A stretch of 64,000 bases of DNA from Eledone cirrhosa. Lineage: Eukaryota. The stretch is taken from positions 388,306,001 to 388,370,000 of the forward strand of contig OZ024740.1 of the NCBI GenBank assembly GCA_964016885.1, read 5' to 3'. The notes below the pieces were generated by a model. That model had not been told where the DNA came from. It made no database searches and saw nothing but the letters and a program-made list of their open reading frames with translations. Shown one piece after another: positions 26,950 through 43,185 of the stretch. Numbering within the stretch: the first letter of the stretch is position 1; every line of letters starts with the position of its first letter. The position numbers were made by a program, and so were the translations under genes.

Positions 26950-28110
26950 GACATTCATCAAAAAGGTGACCTAACAAAGAAAGACAACTACAGAGGCATT
27001 TCGCTTTCCCGAGATGCATCCAGGATTTGCGACCGTTGTCTGCTTAACATAATTAGAGGAGTTATTGACGAGATGTTATGTCCGAATAAAAATGAGTTTC
27101 GCAAGGCCACTCCATCACATCCCACATACTTGCCCTTCACCGTATAGTTCAAGGACTAAAAAACTATGATATGGACGCTGTATTAGTATTTATCGATTTC
27201 CGAAAGGCCTTTGATTCCATCAACCGCAAGAAAATACTCGAAATTCTCGAAGCTTAGGGATTTTCATCTGGTGTAGTCAACGTGATCCGTGTTATGTATA
27301 AGAATACCTCTACAGTAGTAATCACACCAGATAGTAAGGCTGATGCATTCAACATCAACACAGGCGTTCTCCAGGACAACCCTCTCGCCAATTCTCTTCA
27401 TCTGTTTTGACTATACATTATGCACTTCTATCACTAAAAGCTGCATAGGACCTCCTCATCAGAGTTGACAAAGTATGCCAGGAATTTGCTCTGTTTTTGA
27501 ATGCACCAAAGACGAAATACCTGCTCTTGAATCCATCTACCAATGATCACCTAGTTGCATCAGATGGCTCAGATATCAAGCTCGTGGGTTATTTCAAGTA
27601 CCTGAGTAACTACAATGACTCTGACCATGACATAGATGTCAGGATTACTCAGTCGTGGAGTCCAGTTCACTCTTTATAGTGGTCATCGACAGGGACACAA
27701 CAAAACAAGGGTGTTTTAGACCTTTGTAACAGTGATCCTTGTATACGGATCGGCGTTGCTGATGTTGAATGCTGTTCACTGCAAGGGACTCGATGATGCA
27801 TACACCAGAATGCTACACTCGGCATACAACATCTCCTGGAGACACCATCCAACTAACAAGTCTCTCTATGTATTCCAGTTCCACATCTTTGATGTTGTAA
27901 AGTGCCGTTTTCTGTCATTGCCGACCATGTCACTCGCTACGAACCCGCTGGAAGATCGCTTTTCTGCACTCTAGATGCAGAATTATGAATTGGCCGACCA
28001 AATATCACATTAAAACATTCATCGAAGTGGGCACAAGTTTCGAAAGAGCGGATCTGTGTGCTGCAATGGTCGACCGAGACCCTGGAGCGCAAATATTATC
28101 AACACCTCCC
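26950..28110 (+). mobile_element. Degenerate RTE/RTEX-like LINE RT region
   Basis: Motifs KGDLTKKDNYRGISL, FIDFRKAFDSINR, TGVLQDNPLA, LNAPKTKY, FKYL, ILVYGS and LDDAYTRML. Confidence 0.85.
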
Positions 28111-28262
28111 AACCAACACAAGGAGTCTGATGGGTCAAGAAGAGAAAGAAGTATCCTGATATGCAAATATATATATGGTAGCGAGAGGGAGTTCCCATCA
28201 TACGTCTACTTAATGATAGATGATCGACGACTAAAAACACAACAGCTATATTTCCAGTCAGA

Positions 28263-28476
<214 letters not shown>

Positions 28477-29611
28477 GTGTCTGTCTCTGTGTGTCTGTGT
28501 GTGTATGTATGTGAATTAGTATATATAAAGATATACGGTACGTTTATTGAATAAACATTTTGAAAGCCCAGCTATGAATAGAAGGCTGACGGCCAGCGCT
28601 GTCTATCAGATTCCAATACATATTTCTATATAATCCTATAATCTACTATGCATTCACATTCACGCATATACACCACGTAAAATGTATAAAGAAATACAGA
28701 TCTTAATATTAATATTAAATTTCATATCTGCAAACAAGTCCTGTATTCTTTCTCTGTTGTTGTTTGTTGCTTTGTCTTTGTATTCTACTGGTTTCGATTT
28801 TACATTATACACACACGCACACTCACAGCACATACATACATACATACATACATACATACATACATACATACATACATACACACATACACACATACATACA
28901 TACATACATACATACATACATACATACATACATACATACATACATACATACATACATAAGTAGTGTGTGTGTGTTATGTTTCTTCAGCAAGTATATACAT
29001 ATGATAAAATGAAGCAATTTATAGAATACAAGAGAAAAATATATTTTTAAAATACTCAAAATAACCAATTTATTGTATTTTTCTGAAAGCAGATTCTACC
29101 TATAGTGAAGCTGGATGGATGCCATCAACAACAGACGAATCGGATGATTTGTAACCACAAATTCACTATACCCACACCAAAACGACAACGAAATCGTACG
29201 ATTTATCGTTTCGTGTCGTAATTAATCGCATAGGAAGCAACATTTCTGAAATAGCCTTAAGCAGTAAAACTTAAACAATTATTTTTCATACAGTTTTTAA
29301 AGAAATATTTTGTTAGATTTGGCCTAGTTTACGGCAAATCTTTGCGTTTTATTTTGATAATAGTTTTACAATAACTGTTTCCATTAATTTGATTTATCAA
29401 AACTATGTGCATTAAGAAGGAATAGCTTTAATATATAAGGAATAAACATAACGATTAAATTTCTTTTAGCTTTAATATAAATTCAAATATATGTTTTGTA
29501 TTATTTTTCCTGAAATAAAATATATGTATACTTTAAATTTGTTGCCGTTAGAACAAGCCTGTATAAATGTGTTCATGCACAATTATGTTCTTATATAAAT
29601 ATGTTCATTAG

Positions 29612-29790
29612 TTTCTTATTTAGGCACAAGGCCAAGAATTCCCGGGGAGAAGAAAATCGATTAAATCGACTCCAGTGCATTACTGGTACTTTATTTTATC
29701 GACACCGTACGGACGAAGGGCAAAGCTAACCTCGGCGGGTTTTAAAACTCAGAACGTCTGATGACCTACCGATACTGTCAATCTACCGGG
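29612..29790 (-). mobile_element. SINE copy
   Basis: Reverse complement of the SINE consensus (ttaggcacaaggcc...ggtactttattttatcgac...ccgatactgtcaatc). Confidence 0.8.
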
Positions 29791-30174
29791 GAAGTAATAA
29801 TAGTAAATTCAAATATATTAAATATACATGATTATGTTAAATAACGAACATAAACAAGCAAACTATATATTTTCAGTGTCATCAAAACACATTAAAGGAA
29901 CATGTTTCAACTTGATGGTTTCACCCATTTAATTGGCAGTAACAGTAAAGTATATAAAATAGACTGTGTTTAACTAAAGTTTGCTACATGTAAGTTAAAC
30001 ATTAGACATACACTTATACTCACAGGCAGAAATACACACGCACACACACATACACACACATAGACAGACACACACACAAACAGACACACACACACACACA
30101 CACAGACACACACATAGACAGACACACACACAAACAGACACACACACACACACACACACAGACACAACACACAG

Positions 30175-30238
<64 letters not shown>

Positions 30239-30629
30239 ACACATACACACACGCATGTAAATATACATATATATATATATGTGTGTGTTTCGTGTTTCCA
30301 TAAATTAGCACATCACATATTTTCACTATAAAACCGTTTAAGATACATCGGGAGTGTATGCCCTTGAAGTAGGACTTAATATATTGTGGAATTAAACATG
30401 GCTCCAGTCTCACAGGCGATTGTGCCAAATTTTTCTATCTCCAGGGGTTATATCTTCGATAGATATTCAATAATTTCATAGTTAAAATTTAAGCTTGTGT
30501 TAATGTGTAAAGGAAAAAAACAATGAAATTCCACTTATAAAAACTCGCTTCGTAAAACGTTTCATTGTTTATGTAGGTAAAGAAGTGGCATATATATATT
30601 ACGGGGGAAAATGCGGGCGCATGTAAAGA

Positions 30630-31018
30630 AATATTCTTAAATTAATAAACCTAGAAAAGTAAAGGACAAGTTATTACACCTGGAAAAGTAAAGGACAAGA
30701 AAACTTCTTCTTAAAACTTCTTAAAATATTGCAGCTATAGTATAAATTTGAATAATAAAAAATATTATAAAAAAATTTTGGCGTGTAAATGACACTAACA
30801 ATTAATTCATAGGGAGAGTCATTTTTCCAGTCCTTTAAAGTGATATTTTTTTAACAATTAACTTATAATTATTTATTTTTAGTTTTATAATCTAAATATT
30901 TTTTTTCAAATTTAGACTTTAGCTGCAATATTTTAAGAAATTTTAAGAAGTTTTCTTGTCCTTTACTTTTCCAGGTGTAATAACTTGTCCTTTACTTTTC
31001 TAGGTTTATTAATTTAAG
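30630..31018. repeat. Inverted repeat, arms ~30630-30737 and ~30920-31018, with internal 31-bp sub-repeat
   Basis: cctagaaaagtaaaggacaagttattacacctggaaaagtaaaggacaag is mirrored exactly. A SINE is inserted at the end of the right arm. No HHR was recognised. Confidence 0.85.
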
Positions 31019-31196
31019 GATTGGCAGTATCGGTAGAGGGTCGGACGCCATGCTTTCCAGCATAGTTACGTCCCTTTACGATCTGAGTTCAAATCCCGCC
31101 GAGGTTGACTTTGCCTTTCATCCTTACGGGGTCGATAAAATAAAGTACCAGTAATGCACTGGGTAATTGCTGGCCTTGTGCCTAAAGTAGAAACAA
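31019..31196 (+). mobile_element. SINE copy with ~10-bp target-site duplication (attaatttaa)
   Basis: Consensus-like copy. The left arm of the host inverted repeat shows the uninterrupted site. Confidence 0.88.
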
Positions 31197-31266
31197 TTAA
31201 TTTAAAAATATTTATCAACAAATAAGTTAAATAATAATGAATAGGAAGAAGTGCAGATAGGAAAAG

Positions 31267-31339
31267 TAATCAGGGTGGGAATCGAATCCACGACCTTCGG
31301 ATTGCCGGTCCGCTGCTCTACCGACTGAGCTACCTGACC
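31267..31339 (-). tRNA. tRNA-like sequence (anticodon GGC, Ala-like); probable pseudogene or SINE head
   Basis: GGTCAGG-TA-GCTC-AGTCGGTA-GAGC-A-gCGGA-CCGGCAA-TCCGa-AGGTC-GTGGA-TTCGATT-CCCAC-CCTGATT folds as a cloverleaf. It has C33 instead of U33 and mismatches in the anticodon and T stems. Confidence 0.6.
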
Positions 31340-31604
31340 ACAATTCACTATTGCATAATCTATCACTATTTTAATGTATTAGAAATTAGAAACAAACTAA
31401 GCGTTACTTATGTATGTAGTTCCTTACACTCTTTTGGTCCTCACTTATTTTTATGTAACTTTTTTTCTACTGAACCAAATTTCATCAAAAATTGAATTAG
31501 TGACAAAGCTTTGAAGGTGTCGCGAGTGACCGAAATGGGACCTTAAGAATATTATACACCTACTACCGTAGGTGTATGATATACATATATATGGGGGGGG
31601 GGGG

Positions 31605-31639
<35 letters not shown>

Positions 31640-32324
31640 GATATATATATACCCACACACATATATATCCTTTTAGAGCTTAAATTTATAATCTGTAATA
31701 AAGATATGATAGAAGATTGTTCATATATTTATAAAGTCATATCGATCAAATTTTCAAAAAAGCATGTATTTCTACACTGACTAATGTGAAAATTAGTACT
31801 ATGGTTCGTGTTTGTTCTATGTATGATAAAATGCTATCATACATCACATAACAATTGATGATTGTGTGTGCAAATAAATGTACGTAAGTGGTGGTTCATG
31901 AATGCTTCTGTGTGTCTATGTTTATATGAGCCAGCGTATATATGCTCTTCGTGTTTGTGTGTGTGATTTTCTACATGCTTGTGCCTACTTATTTGTATAA
32001 CTGAACGATTAAAAAGGAGCAAATATTGAATTGTTGGTGACTAGTGATCTGTGTCATTGATCAATCTTGTGCTATTGTCTATGAAACAGATTGAAATAGC
32101 AGATATAATGAGCTACTGTTATAGAAGCCAAACCGGAATACAAATTCTTTTCGCTAAAAGTTTGCTTATACTGTATAATACGATACTATAAATACAAAAA
32201 GCACACAAAGAATAGAAAATAAAAGATATTTAATCAGACACACGAAATGAAAATTTTATATCTACTTTCTAAGCATAAAGTTCTCTGAAAGTATTCCAAC
32301 ATATGGGCTACTACGAAGAAAAAC

Positions 32325-32380
<56 letters not shown>

Positions 32381-32384
<4 letters not shown>

Positions 32385-32878
32385 TAAAATACCAGATTAA
32401 AGTTTAAGCAAAGAATCGCTGCTTTCACCCTTAACGGGATCTTCTGAAATTAACAAAGTCAATCTGTAAACGCAGTAGTGAATATTTCAAAAAACGTTGC
32501 AACCGGAGGAAGACAGGAAGACGATACTTTGGTTCGTGGAAACGTTCCCTGGCAAAGAACGGGGAAAAAAGAAAATATACGTCATTATTTGGAGCGGTGA
32601 AAAACAATTACACGCAAAGACAGAACCACGTTTATGGTATAAAAGAAGTCGTAGACTAATATTCCCTTAGGTGGTTCATAGAGACGTTCCCTGGCAATGA
32701 ACGGAAAAAACGAAGATAATACGTCATATGTGGAGCGTGGAGAACACTTGCACGCAAAGAAAAACCACGTAAATGGTATAGCTGAAGTCGTAGACTAAAA
32801 TACTAACTAGGAAACCGAATGAATGTCCGCTTCAGAGTTAAGAATAAAGTAAATAATGAACCACCTAAGAGAATATAT
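32381..32878 (-). mobile_element. 3' end copy of the PLE at 3006-4900, ending at (TA)n, with a short 5' inversion
   Basis: High similarity to 3006-3485. 32857-32876 (tgaaccacctaagagaatat) is an inverted copy of 32659-32678. Confidence 0.85.
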
Positions 32879-33384
32879 TCATCAATAGTCATTTATTGAA
32901 ATGGAACCAGCAGGAGGGGACTTTTACAACCCTTTCTTAAACACTTCCATCCCATTATCTTGCTGTCAACATTCACCATTTTCTGTGAATATATGTATAA
33001 GTCTGTGTGCGCGCGCGCGCGCCCGTGTTTGTGTGTATGATTTAATTCCTTTAAATCTTCATCAACACTCCTTCACTCCGACACTCATTAACACCCCACC
33101 ACACACACATCCAAATCTCTGTTATATATAGAGTCACACATCACAACACAACCTGATCTCAGTTTGACAATCGCCACCGACGAATGCGAGAAAGTTCTCC
33201 AGGAAAGTTAACCAGGAATCTTTAAAAATCGTCCCACCGAAGTTAACATAGAACTTACTAGATCTACCAACACATAATATTATAATATTAAAAAATTAAA
33301 TCAATTTGTTTAGAAATACAAGCGAAGTCATTCTTTTCCTTTTTTTTCAAATATACCTAACTGTACCAAGGGTCTCACACATTT

Positions 33385-33463
<79 letters not shown>

Positions 33464-33519
33464 AAAATGACGTTTTTTTTTAATGAAAAAAAAATGTCCT
33501 ACACAAATGAAAGTATAAG

Positions 33520-34830
33520 GCAAAGAAATCGAAAAGGTGGTTAATGGTTAACTCCCCTCTTTCCAGATTGTATCCTGCCTTCACTCTTCGCAATACGTGA
33601 AACAAGTATATGAGACTACGGACAAACAATAAAAGAGATAGACTATCTCCATGGAAGAACCTCATTTGATTTTCGTTCATCCCAAGGATTCTCCCCCTGA
33701 TGTTAACTCTTTCTCCCATTTCTTCATGCTATTGCTTAATAGCAGTCTGATGTGTCCGCCACTTTGAAGATTTCTAGGCACTTGGTTACCCCAAAATGAG
33801 GAACCATGTGATATGCTTTCTTGTAATCTATCCATCCCATGACAAGACCAGTATGCATCCTCTTGCAGTCAATATGTAAGTGGTCTTTCATACCGCGGGA
33901 CTTCTTTCGGCATCTTTTCTGTTCCCAGGGCAATAAGTTACTTATGTCGGGGTAGTGGATGTCTTCAGACATAATGCCTGTTAGTAATTTCTACATCAAG
34001 GACAGAGATGTGATCGGCCTATAGTTGGTAACGTTATTTCCCTTGGCTTGGTGTTTCCTTACTAGAACTGGGGTACATTTTGTTAACTAATGTGTTTCTT
34101 CACCCGACATGAAGCAGTCATTGAACATGGCTGTCAGTGGAGATACATTATATTCTTAGTCCAAGGGCGGTGGATTGGCAGTATCGGTAGAGGATCGGAC
34201 GCCATGCTTTGACGCATAGAGTTACGCCCCTTGCCATTCTGAGTTCAAATCGCACCGAGGTTAACTTTGCCTTTCATCCTTACGGGATCGATAAAATAAA
34301 GTACCAGTAATGTACTGGGTTATTGCTGGCCTTGTGCCAAAAGTAGAAACAATTATATTCTTAGTCCAATATACTTGCACATCATCCGAGCTTGGCGATT
34401 TCCAGTTAATTATGTTATTGGCCTGCTTAGTAAGTGTTTCAACCGAGATACTCAAATTAGGTCGTTGTTGTGCTTGTTCATTAACCTCGTTTTTAACAGT
34501 CTCAATCCACCTTCCCAACTATTATGCTCAGCATCCTGCTTCTAAATTCCTCTTCAATATGTGTTGGTCTATTCAGACTCAGGGATAGCATTATTGCTTC
34601 TTTCGTTCCGCTCTAGCTGTTCAAATAACATCTTCGGATTGCTGTCGAACACGCGGCTTTGTTTATACTGGTTAACTCTGCTCTCATATCTTTTGGTTTT
34701 TGCACTTTTGGCTATGACACTTTGTGTTAGTTCCTCTATTAGCACTTTGGCCTTCGTGTTGTATATCCTTGTCAATCTATCCTTATTACCTACGTTTTGT
34801 AATTTCTCCTTTAATAAAGACTCACGTTTC
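33520..34830 (-). mobile_element. Degenerate R4/Dong-like (RLE-type) non-LTR retrotransposon RT region
   Basis: Motifs AKTKRYESRVNQYKQSRVF, NWKSPSSDDVQVYWTKN, LLPWEQKRCRKKSRGMKDHL, WIDYKKAYHMVPH, FHGDSLSLLLF and INHLF. Confidence 0.85.
34165..34351 (+). mobile_element. Full-length SINE inserted in the R4-like element, 18-bp TSD
   Basis: attatattcttagtccaa at 34147-34164 and 34352-34369. Confidence 0.92.
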
Positions 34831-35456
34831 TCGGAATTTCTTTATTTCCTTGATTTGACCACACACACATAAACACCCCTCATCACACACATATAACTAA
34901 CAAGGTTGAGATCTATTTGAATTTTACCGCCAAATGTAAGATTTTTCCTCGCGGCTGACTTCCATTGTCCTCCTCTTTAGAAGGTTATGTGATTCTGCCA
35001 TATATGAAGCTGTTATCACTATCACTCTGGCAGTCTCTAGAATACAAATTTCCCGTTTTTATAACATCCATGATGTAAATAGATGTTACTTCTCCACATT
35101 TGATTACATCAACATTTATGAATCCATTCTCATCATTAATTTCCCTGGATATTATTAATATTAGAAACAATTATTAATATTATCAATAGGGTTGTGAACT
35201 GGCAGATTTGTTAGAGCTTCGGATTCTTGCTTTGCCGTTCTTAGGTATCATTCTTAATGATCTAAGTTTAATACTCGCCGTTCAGTCTGCCTGAGCTATA
35301 TAAATCAAGTACTATGTTCATGTAATCCATAACAACAGCTGAAATAGATTCGGATCAAGCTGTATGCGTAATGTTAAAATGATTTCCCATTGTTTGCAGC
35401 CATTCGGTGCTATATATTATTTCAAACACAAACATAATTGACGTTTCTTTGAACAG

Positions 35457-36863
<1,407 letters not shown>

Positions 36864-38582
36864 GTGAGTAGAAGGGAACACTAAAAACAAACACAATTTT
36901 CAACAAAAAGTGGAAAAGATACATACCACACTCACATCACCCACTGCAAAACCCACTACAACAATAACTTCACCACCACTGCCAACAGCAATACCAACCA
37001 AACACAGAACATTCGGTACAACAACAGTAAATGCACGAAAACACAAAAAAAACTAATGTACTTCATAACAGAAAGTTGAGAGAAAAGGTAATTCTAAGAG
37101 TAAATTGCATAAATGTACGTGACTTGGGGTCTCCTTGAAATCAAATTTACTCGTTCAACGACCGTAGGTTGCTAGTATGGATGCGATAGCTATCAGTGAG
37201 ACTATGATTTCAAACACACGCCTCTGGCACCCATATTTCAGGACTTTGAAATTTACGAATCTCTTTGTCAGCTAGGAATGGGAGACAGTATGCCGGTGCT
37301 GTTTTCAAAAAAATTGATCTAGAGGTATGATTGATCTTTCTTGACTGTGACTATATATTAGTCGTCCTGCTATGCTGAATAGTTGATATCATTGTAAAAT
37401 ATTTGCTTCGAGAAAAATACTTTCACTTCTAAAGTATGTAAGGTATCTCAGTAAGCAATGATATAGCTCAAACATTGCATCTGTCGTAAAACAAAAACAA
37501 CCTTGTTCGATCTGCTAATATATATATCAAAATATCCCTCAAATGGCATCTTACATATAAGAATAAGAGTCATAACTTATATTTCCTAAAGTCGGTTACG
37601 CAAAAAAATTCCTTAATTTTTGCATTTTAATAAATTTTTAAAAGCAATATGACATATTTATGCGAATGGATTCTGCTTTTTATTATACTTTGTGTTTCAT
37701 TTAATATCTTCTTTAAAATACGTTGAATATGTTTATGCGTAAATTATAGATATACTTACAGCGATTGTTAGAAAATGACACAAGTGTTCCGAGACCAAAT
37801 AATTGGGGAAATACATTAGATAATATTGTATTACATATGCCTAAAACGATGAGATGGTTGAAAAGCAATTTGCTCATATTGAGGAAATATATATTTTGAA
37901 TTTGAAAGTCTTCGTCTATAGACACAGATGTATCTATCAAGTCAATGTTTTAGAATCAAGCAATGCCATTTTAGTGTTACTTCTTCTCTATTATCAACTG
38001 TTTACTTCTACAAATGATTCTGGTTTTGCGCTTATGGAAATATAATACATACGCAATTTGAGTTAAATAGAAATATAGAATGCGGACGGAAATTTAAGGA
38101 AACACTGCAATAACTACAATAACTAAAGATTGATTTGAGAGAAATAGATAACGAGATGAAGAGAGAAAACAAAGAATGACAGCTACGGAAATTGGTCGTG
38201 AGAAATTGGTCGTGAAAAAGAGACAAAGACTGGGAATAAGAGATAGAGTAGTGAAACACATTGAATTAGCCCTGTGATGATAACGGAAAAAGCAAGCAAT
38301 ATCTACATATAAAAGAAAGTGGGGAAGTTTTACACACAAAAGAAAAAGGCGACGCGTGAAGGGATATTAAAATGTGGCGAGATTTGCTTGAAGAATTACA
38401 AAAGAGAAGATGATATATACAATCAAATTATATTCACTTTTTGAGGTGTTTTAAATACATTTAATAATAAATGACGAAATACAGTTACCCAGAGGTTTAA
38501 TACATTTTATGCTCAATTTTCGGTCAATGTTCCAAGTAAAGAGTAATGCATGATTTATCTCCACTTGATAAAGATAAATTCT

Positions 38583-38767
38583 TGTTTCTACTTTAGGCAC
38601 AAGGCCAGCAATTACCCAGTGCATTACTGGTACTTTATTTTATCGACCCCGTAAGGATGAAAGGCAAAGTCAACCTCGGCGGGATTTGAACTCAGATCGT
38701 AAAGGGACGTAACTATGCTTGAAAGCATGGCGTCCGACCCTCTACCGATACTGCCAATCCACCGCCC
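38583..38767 (-). mobile_element. Full-length SINE, 17-bp TSD
   Basis: tgataaagataaattct at 38566-38582 and 38768-38784. Near-identical to the 31019 copy. Confidence 0.92.
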
Positions 38768-40990
38768 TGATAAAGATAAATTCTACCAGAGTGACACTCC
38801 AACTCAACGTAAAAATTAAACATTATATGAAACGAAACAAAATTATAACAATGTCTCAGGAATTTTATCGACAAAATAATTGACGTCGCTATATAAGATA
38901 TCTATATATATAAAGGCAAAAGATGTGAAAAAAAACGGGCTAATTTATCTTTATATCGGGTGTCCCAAAAGACCTAGATATGTGAAAGCAAAATAGTATG
39001 CATTTTGTAATTATTTTGCTTGTATATAAAACAAGTGATGATCACACCGCTCCATCTTTTTAAGATGGTTAATTATATAGTATATTATTAGCCTGACAAA
39101 CTCATAAATTCAGAGCCAAGGCGATTTGAACATAACGATCGATAGTTAAAGATTTGAAACTTCGTTTAATAGGTTCAAGTATTTTTATAAATGAAACCAT
39201 TTTCATGATGACATATATCATAAATGTGTTGTACATCATAAATGCTGGGTGTTTAAATGAAATACTCTAAAGATATACATTAAAAAATTAAAATGATGTA
39301 AGTTGCTATATCATGTTAGAAAACAAGAGTATGTTGTGCGTTGACCTACCGTTTCAATCTTTCAATTTCACGTTTCTCTTATAATTTGATAGTGTATATA
39401 TATATATATATATATGGGGGTTGTATGTACATGCGCATGTATTTGTATTTAGATTATTCTTTTTTCGCAATGAGAATGCTTCTTTTAATTTCATGGGATA
39501 CAGCATACATGAAATTAGTAATAAATATTTGAATTGCCGAAGAAGATCTTAAAGACAATATAAATGTACACTTTATGTCGATAACTGTGAACTCTGAACA
39601 GCATATTGCAGTCTGTATATATACAGACACCTCAAACTAATCATGTACTAATATCCATTTCATAACAAGCGCAAAAAATGACGAGCAGCGTATGAGTTAC
39701 TATAGGCTTGAAAGTATACACAGATAGTTTCAAATAAACGTTTTTTTTAATCCCCTCACTTCTGAAACTGCCATAAGATTTGTCGAAACTTGTCATGGGC
39801 AATTGTTGTGTACATCAGAATCGGCACTGACAAAGCAACAACTGTATTAGTCTAGATTGTTGTTCAAAGCAACTTCAATCAGATGTTAGGTATGCTGTCC
39901 AATCGTGCGCAATTTTATAGGTTATATTAACACATCAATCCAATCATTTCAGCTATTTTTGTATATCTTTTTCTGTAGTGCCACATATTTGAGAAATTAT
40001 ATCTCGTCGCTTTCTTTCGTTAACTCTTTAGTTAACCTTGTGTCAATATTTGTTCCGGTGACTTAACAGAATGCCGGTAATAAACATAGGTTTACTACTT
40101 GACTGTACAATATTTACAATAGGAAATATATAAAAATACCATAAACCCACTTTTAGGAAATCCTTTATTTGAAAATAATTATATATGGATTGCTTTTTCA
40201 TGGTGTTCTTTTCTGCTCCGGAATCCACAATTCTTGGGTTTATCGAGAAGAAATATTCCAGCTATGACATTCCCACGGTTTTAGGTTTGTATTCAATGTA
40301 TTCGAATATATCAATTCCTTGTTTAACAACATATGATGTGAATATCGGGGAAAATTGGTTATTATATCTGACTAGTCAAGTAAATGGCTAGAGGCTCCCG
40401 TTATCTTAGTAGGTATGAAAATGAACAAAAAGAAGTAGAAGAGCTGAGATTATAATAGGTTTTGTTGTTTGAAATGTATAAGATATTTAGAATTCAATGA
40501 CAAATAAAAATATTGAAATATTTATACTTTCATTTGATGGTGGTGCGTTGCGTAATAATGTATTAATTGTGTATAGCATATAACTACAATAAATCATGTT
40601 GTCGTATGTCCTGATTTATCATCATAACATTTTTGATTACGTGGATTTTGACTTCATAGAAACAACCAGCTGCATGGAAAACTGTCATAGATGTTTAAAT
40701 GTTGTTAGCTCCCTCAACACGTTTTATTGAGAAAAAACTGAATATAGTTTGGACGACACTATCCAAAGTTTCATCCCATTTTAAGAGGGTCGGATTTGCT
40801 TTGTAGAAATTCCACCGTTGTCTCAGAAAGCATGTAACATATTTACGAAATTTTCAAAGGTAGGCATAAATGAGCAGAAACAGAAACCCATTAAAATTAA
40901 TGATCTTTTATTCTAGAGTAAAGATTGAAAGTACAGTACACCTTTATATATGATATAATTTAACGATTAGTTCACACACTACCCCCCCCC

Positions 40991-41034
<44 letters not shown>

Positions 41035-41718
41035 CAGTATATAGAGACGAAGAAGGTATGTTTTCAATGTTTTCAATTACGAGGGGTAGAGAACCATTAA
41101 AGTGAAGAACATAAAGTCTACGAAAAGTGTGGAAAATACATAATAATTAAAAAGGTAATAACCATTCAGCTTAAAAAGATCAACTATCATAAAGAAATTA
41201 GGACCCAAAATATCAAATGAAAATACGGAGTTAAAGACTCGCGTTAATCCCCTGTAATTTAATGAGCTCCGATTTTTCATTCGATATTTTGGTTCCTAAT
41301 TTCTTTAGGTTAGTTGAGCTTTTTAAGTTGAATGGTTATAGGCTGCCATTTCTAGCGCTTTCTTGATCTATTCAAGCCACTATCTGGCGCGCATGTTTTT
41401 GTTTCTCTCACCATGTGCGATATTTCAGTTGTCTAAAGTCTCTTTAGAAGTGTTGACTGTATCTTCTTTACACCTTGATGTTGATGAGCCATGAGATGTT
41501 ATGGCACCAACACTGTTTATGGCGAAACATTTGTTTCTTTGAGTTTGTCTAGGCGTTTTTTTATAGTTATAAAGGTGGGTCTGTGCATTTTAATTTGCCT
41601 TTTTAATTATCATATATTTCCACACTTTCGTCTTCACTTTTTTTGTTTTCTTCTCTATATACTGTATTGTGAAGAGCCCGGCAGTTATTCCTTACAGGGG
41701 ATTAACACCGTTTTCTTT

Positions 41719-41723
<5 letters not shown>
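41035..41723 (+). mobile_element. Old inverted-arm element between (TA)n tracts with a degenerate HHR (41481-41535)
   Basis: 41160-41223 is inverted to 41276-41338, and 41123-41158 is inverted to 41594-41630. The motif reads tTGATGA-gccat...atggc-GAAAC-attt-GTT. Confidence 0.55.
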
Positions 41724-41802
<79 letters not shown>

Positions 41803-42119
41803 TGTATATATTGGAAAATGTGTGAAATCGTTGGTACAGTTAGGTATATTTTAAAAAAAGAAAAAGAATGACTTCACTTGTAGTTCTAAACAATTTGATT
41901 CAATTTTATAATATTATGATTTTACAATTTGGTTTTGTAGATCTACAAATCCAAATTGTAAAATCATATTATAAAATTAAATTTAATTGTTTAGAACTAC
42001 AAGTGAAATCATATATATATTTAAATAAATATATATATATATATATAATTGATTAACGAATTTGTCATGAAAGTTATTGCAAATAGTGTTTAACACACAC
42101 ATGTACACACACACGCACG

Positions 42120-42177
<58 letters not shown>

Positions 42178-42185
42178 GACAGACA

Positions 42186-42266
<81 letters not shown>

Positions 42267-42977
42267 GTATTTATATATATGTGTGTGTGTGCGCGAACAC
42301 GTGTGTGTGTATGTATGTGTGTGTTAAACTCTACTTGCAATAACTTGGATGACAAATTCATTAATCAATAATTTGGTTTCAGTGGTATGAATAGTAGATA
42401 GAAATGCGCTTCATAGAAAGTCTGAAAGATTTTATTCAAATAAAATAATTTATAATCCATGCAAAACTACCCTTAATGCTCATAGATCATTTTATTGCTA
42501 AATAAAAAGAAATAAACCATATAATTTATCTTTTTATGTAGGTTTTATTTTCAAATAAATCACTTTTTTTCTTCTAGATTAAGGTGGAATTCATAAATTC
42601 TTCAGCAGTCTCAGTGGTGACAATTTTATATTCATCAATAATCTTTCCTTCATATTGATACAAAGACCATTTTGTTTTGATACACAGACCACTCCCAGAA
42701 AATTATTTCTGCATTTTGTGTGTTGTGTGTTGTAGATGAACGGCAAAGTTGAACTCGATTCGATTTGAATTCACAAGACAAAAGAACGTAGCAGGATATT
42801 TAAATCGATCTTGGTTAGTGCTTTTAGTCTGCCAACTACCACCTTTATTACATTTTAATGTTAAAACTGCTATTATAGGTAATCAGATGAGATTATAAGT
42901 TTCCTTTTCGAGATACATGTGATTGCCAGATGGCGTATATGTCAGCATACTGATTCTATGATGTATTGCCATGTTGG

Positions 42978-43185
42978 ATGGTGGATTGGCAGAATCGTTA
43001 GAGCGCCGGGGAAAAGGCTTTACAACATTTAGTTACGTCCCTTTAGGTTCTGCATTCAAATCTCGCCGTGATACATTTTGCATTCTATCCTTCAGCGATC
43101 GATAACATAAAGTATTTGGGTCGATTTGCTCGATCACCGCTCTACCAAACTTATGGTCTTGCGCCTATTCTTTAGTAACAATTAT
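42978..43185 (+). mobile_element. Diverged SINE copy
   Basis: ggtggattggcagaatcgttagagc...ttcaaatctcgccg...tcgataacataaagta...ggtcttgcgccta. Confidence 0.7.

Noticed and set aside
39700-40400. Coding-like composition (also 21.0-21.7, 44.3-45.6 and 63.4-63.9 kb)
   Set aside because: No recognisable motifs or continuous frame; probably very old transposon debris that I cannot assign.
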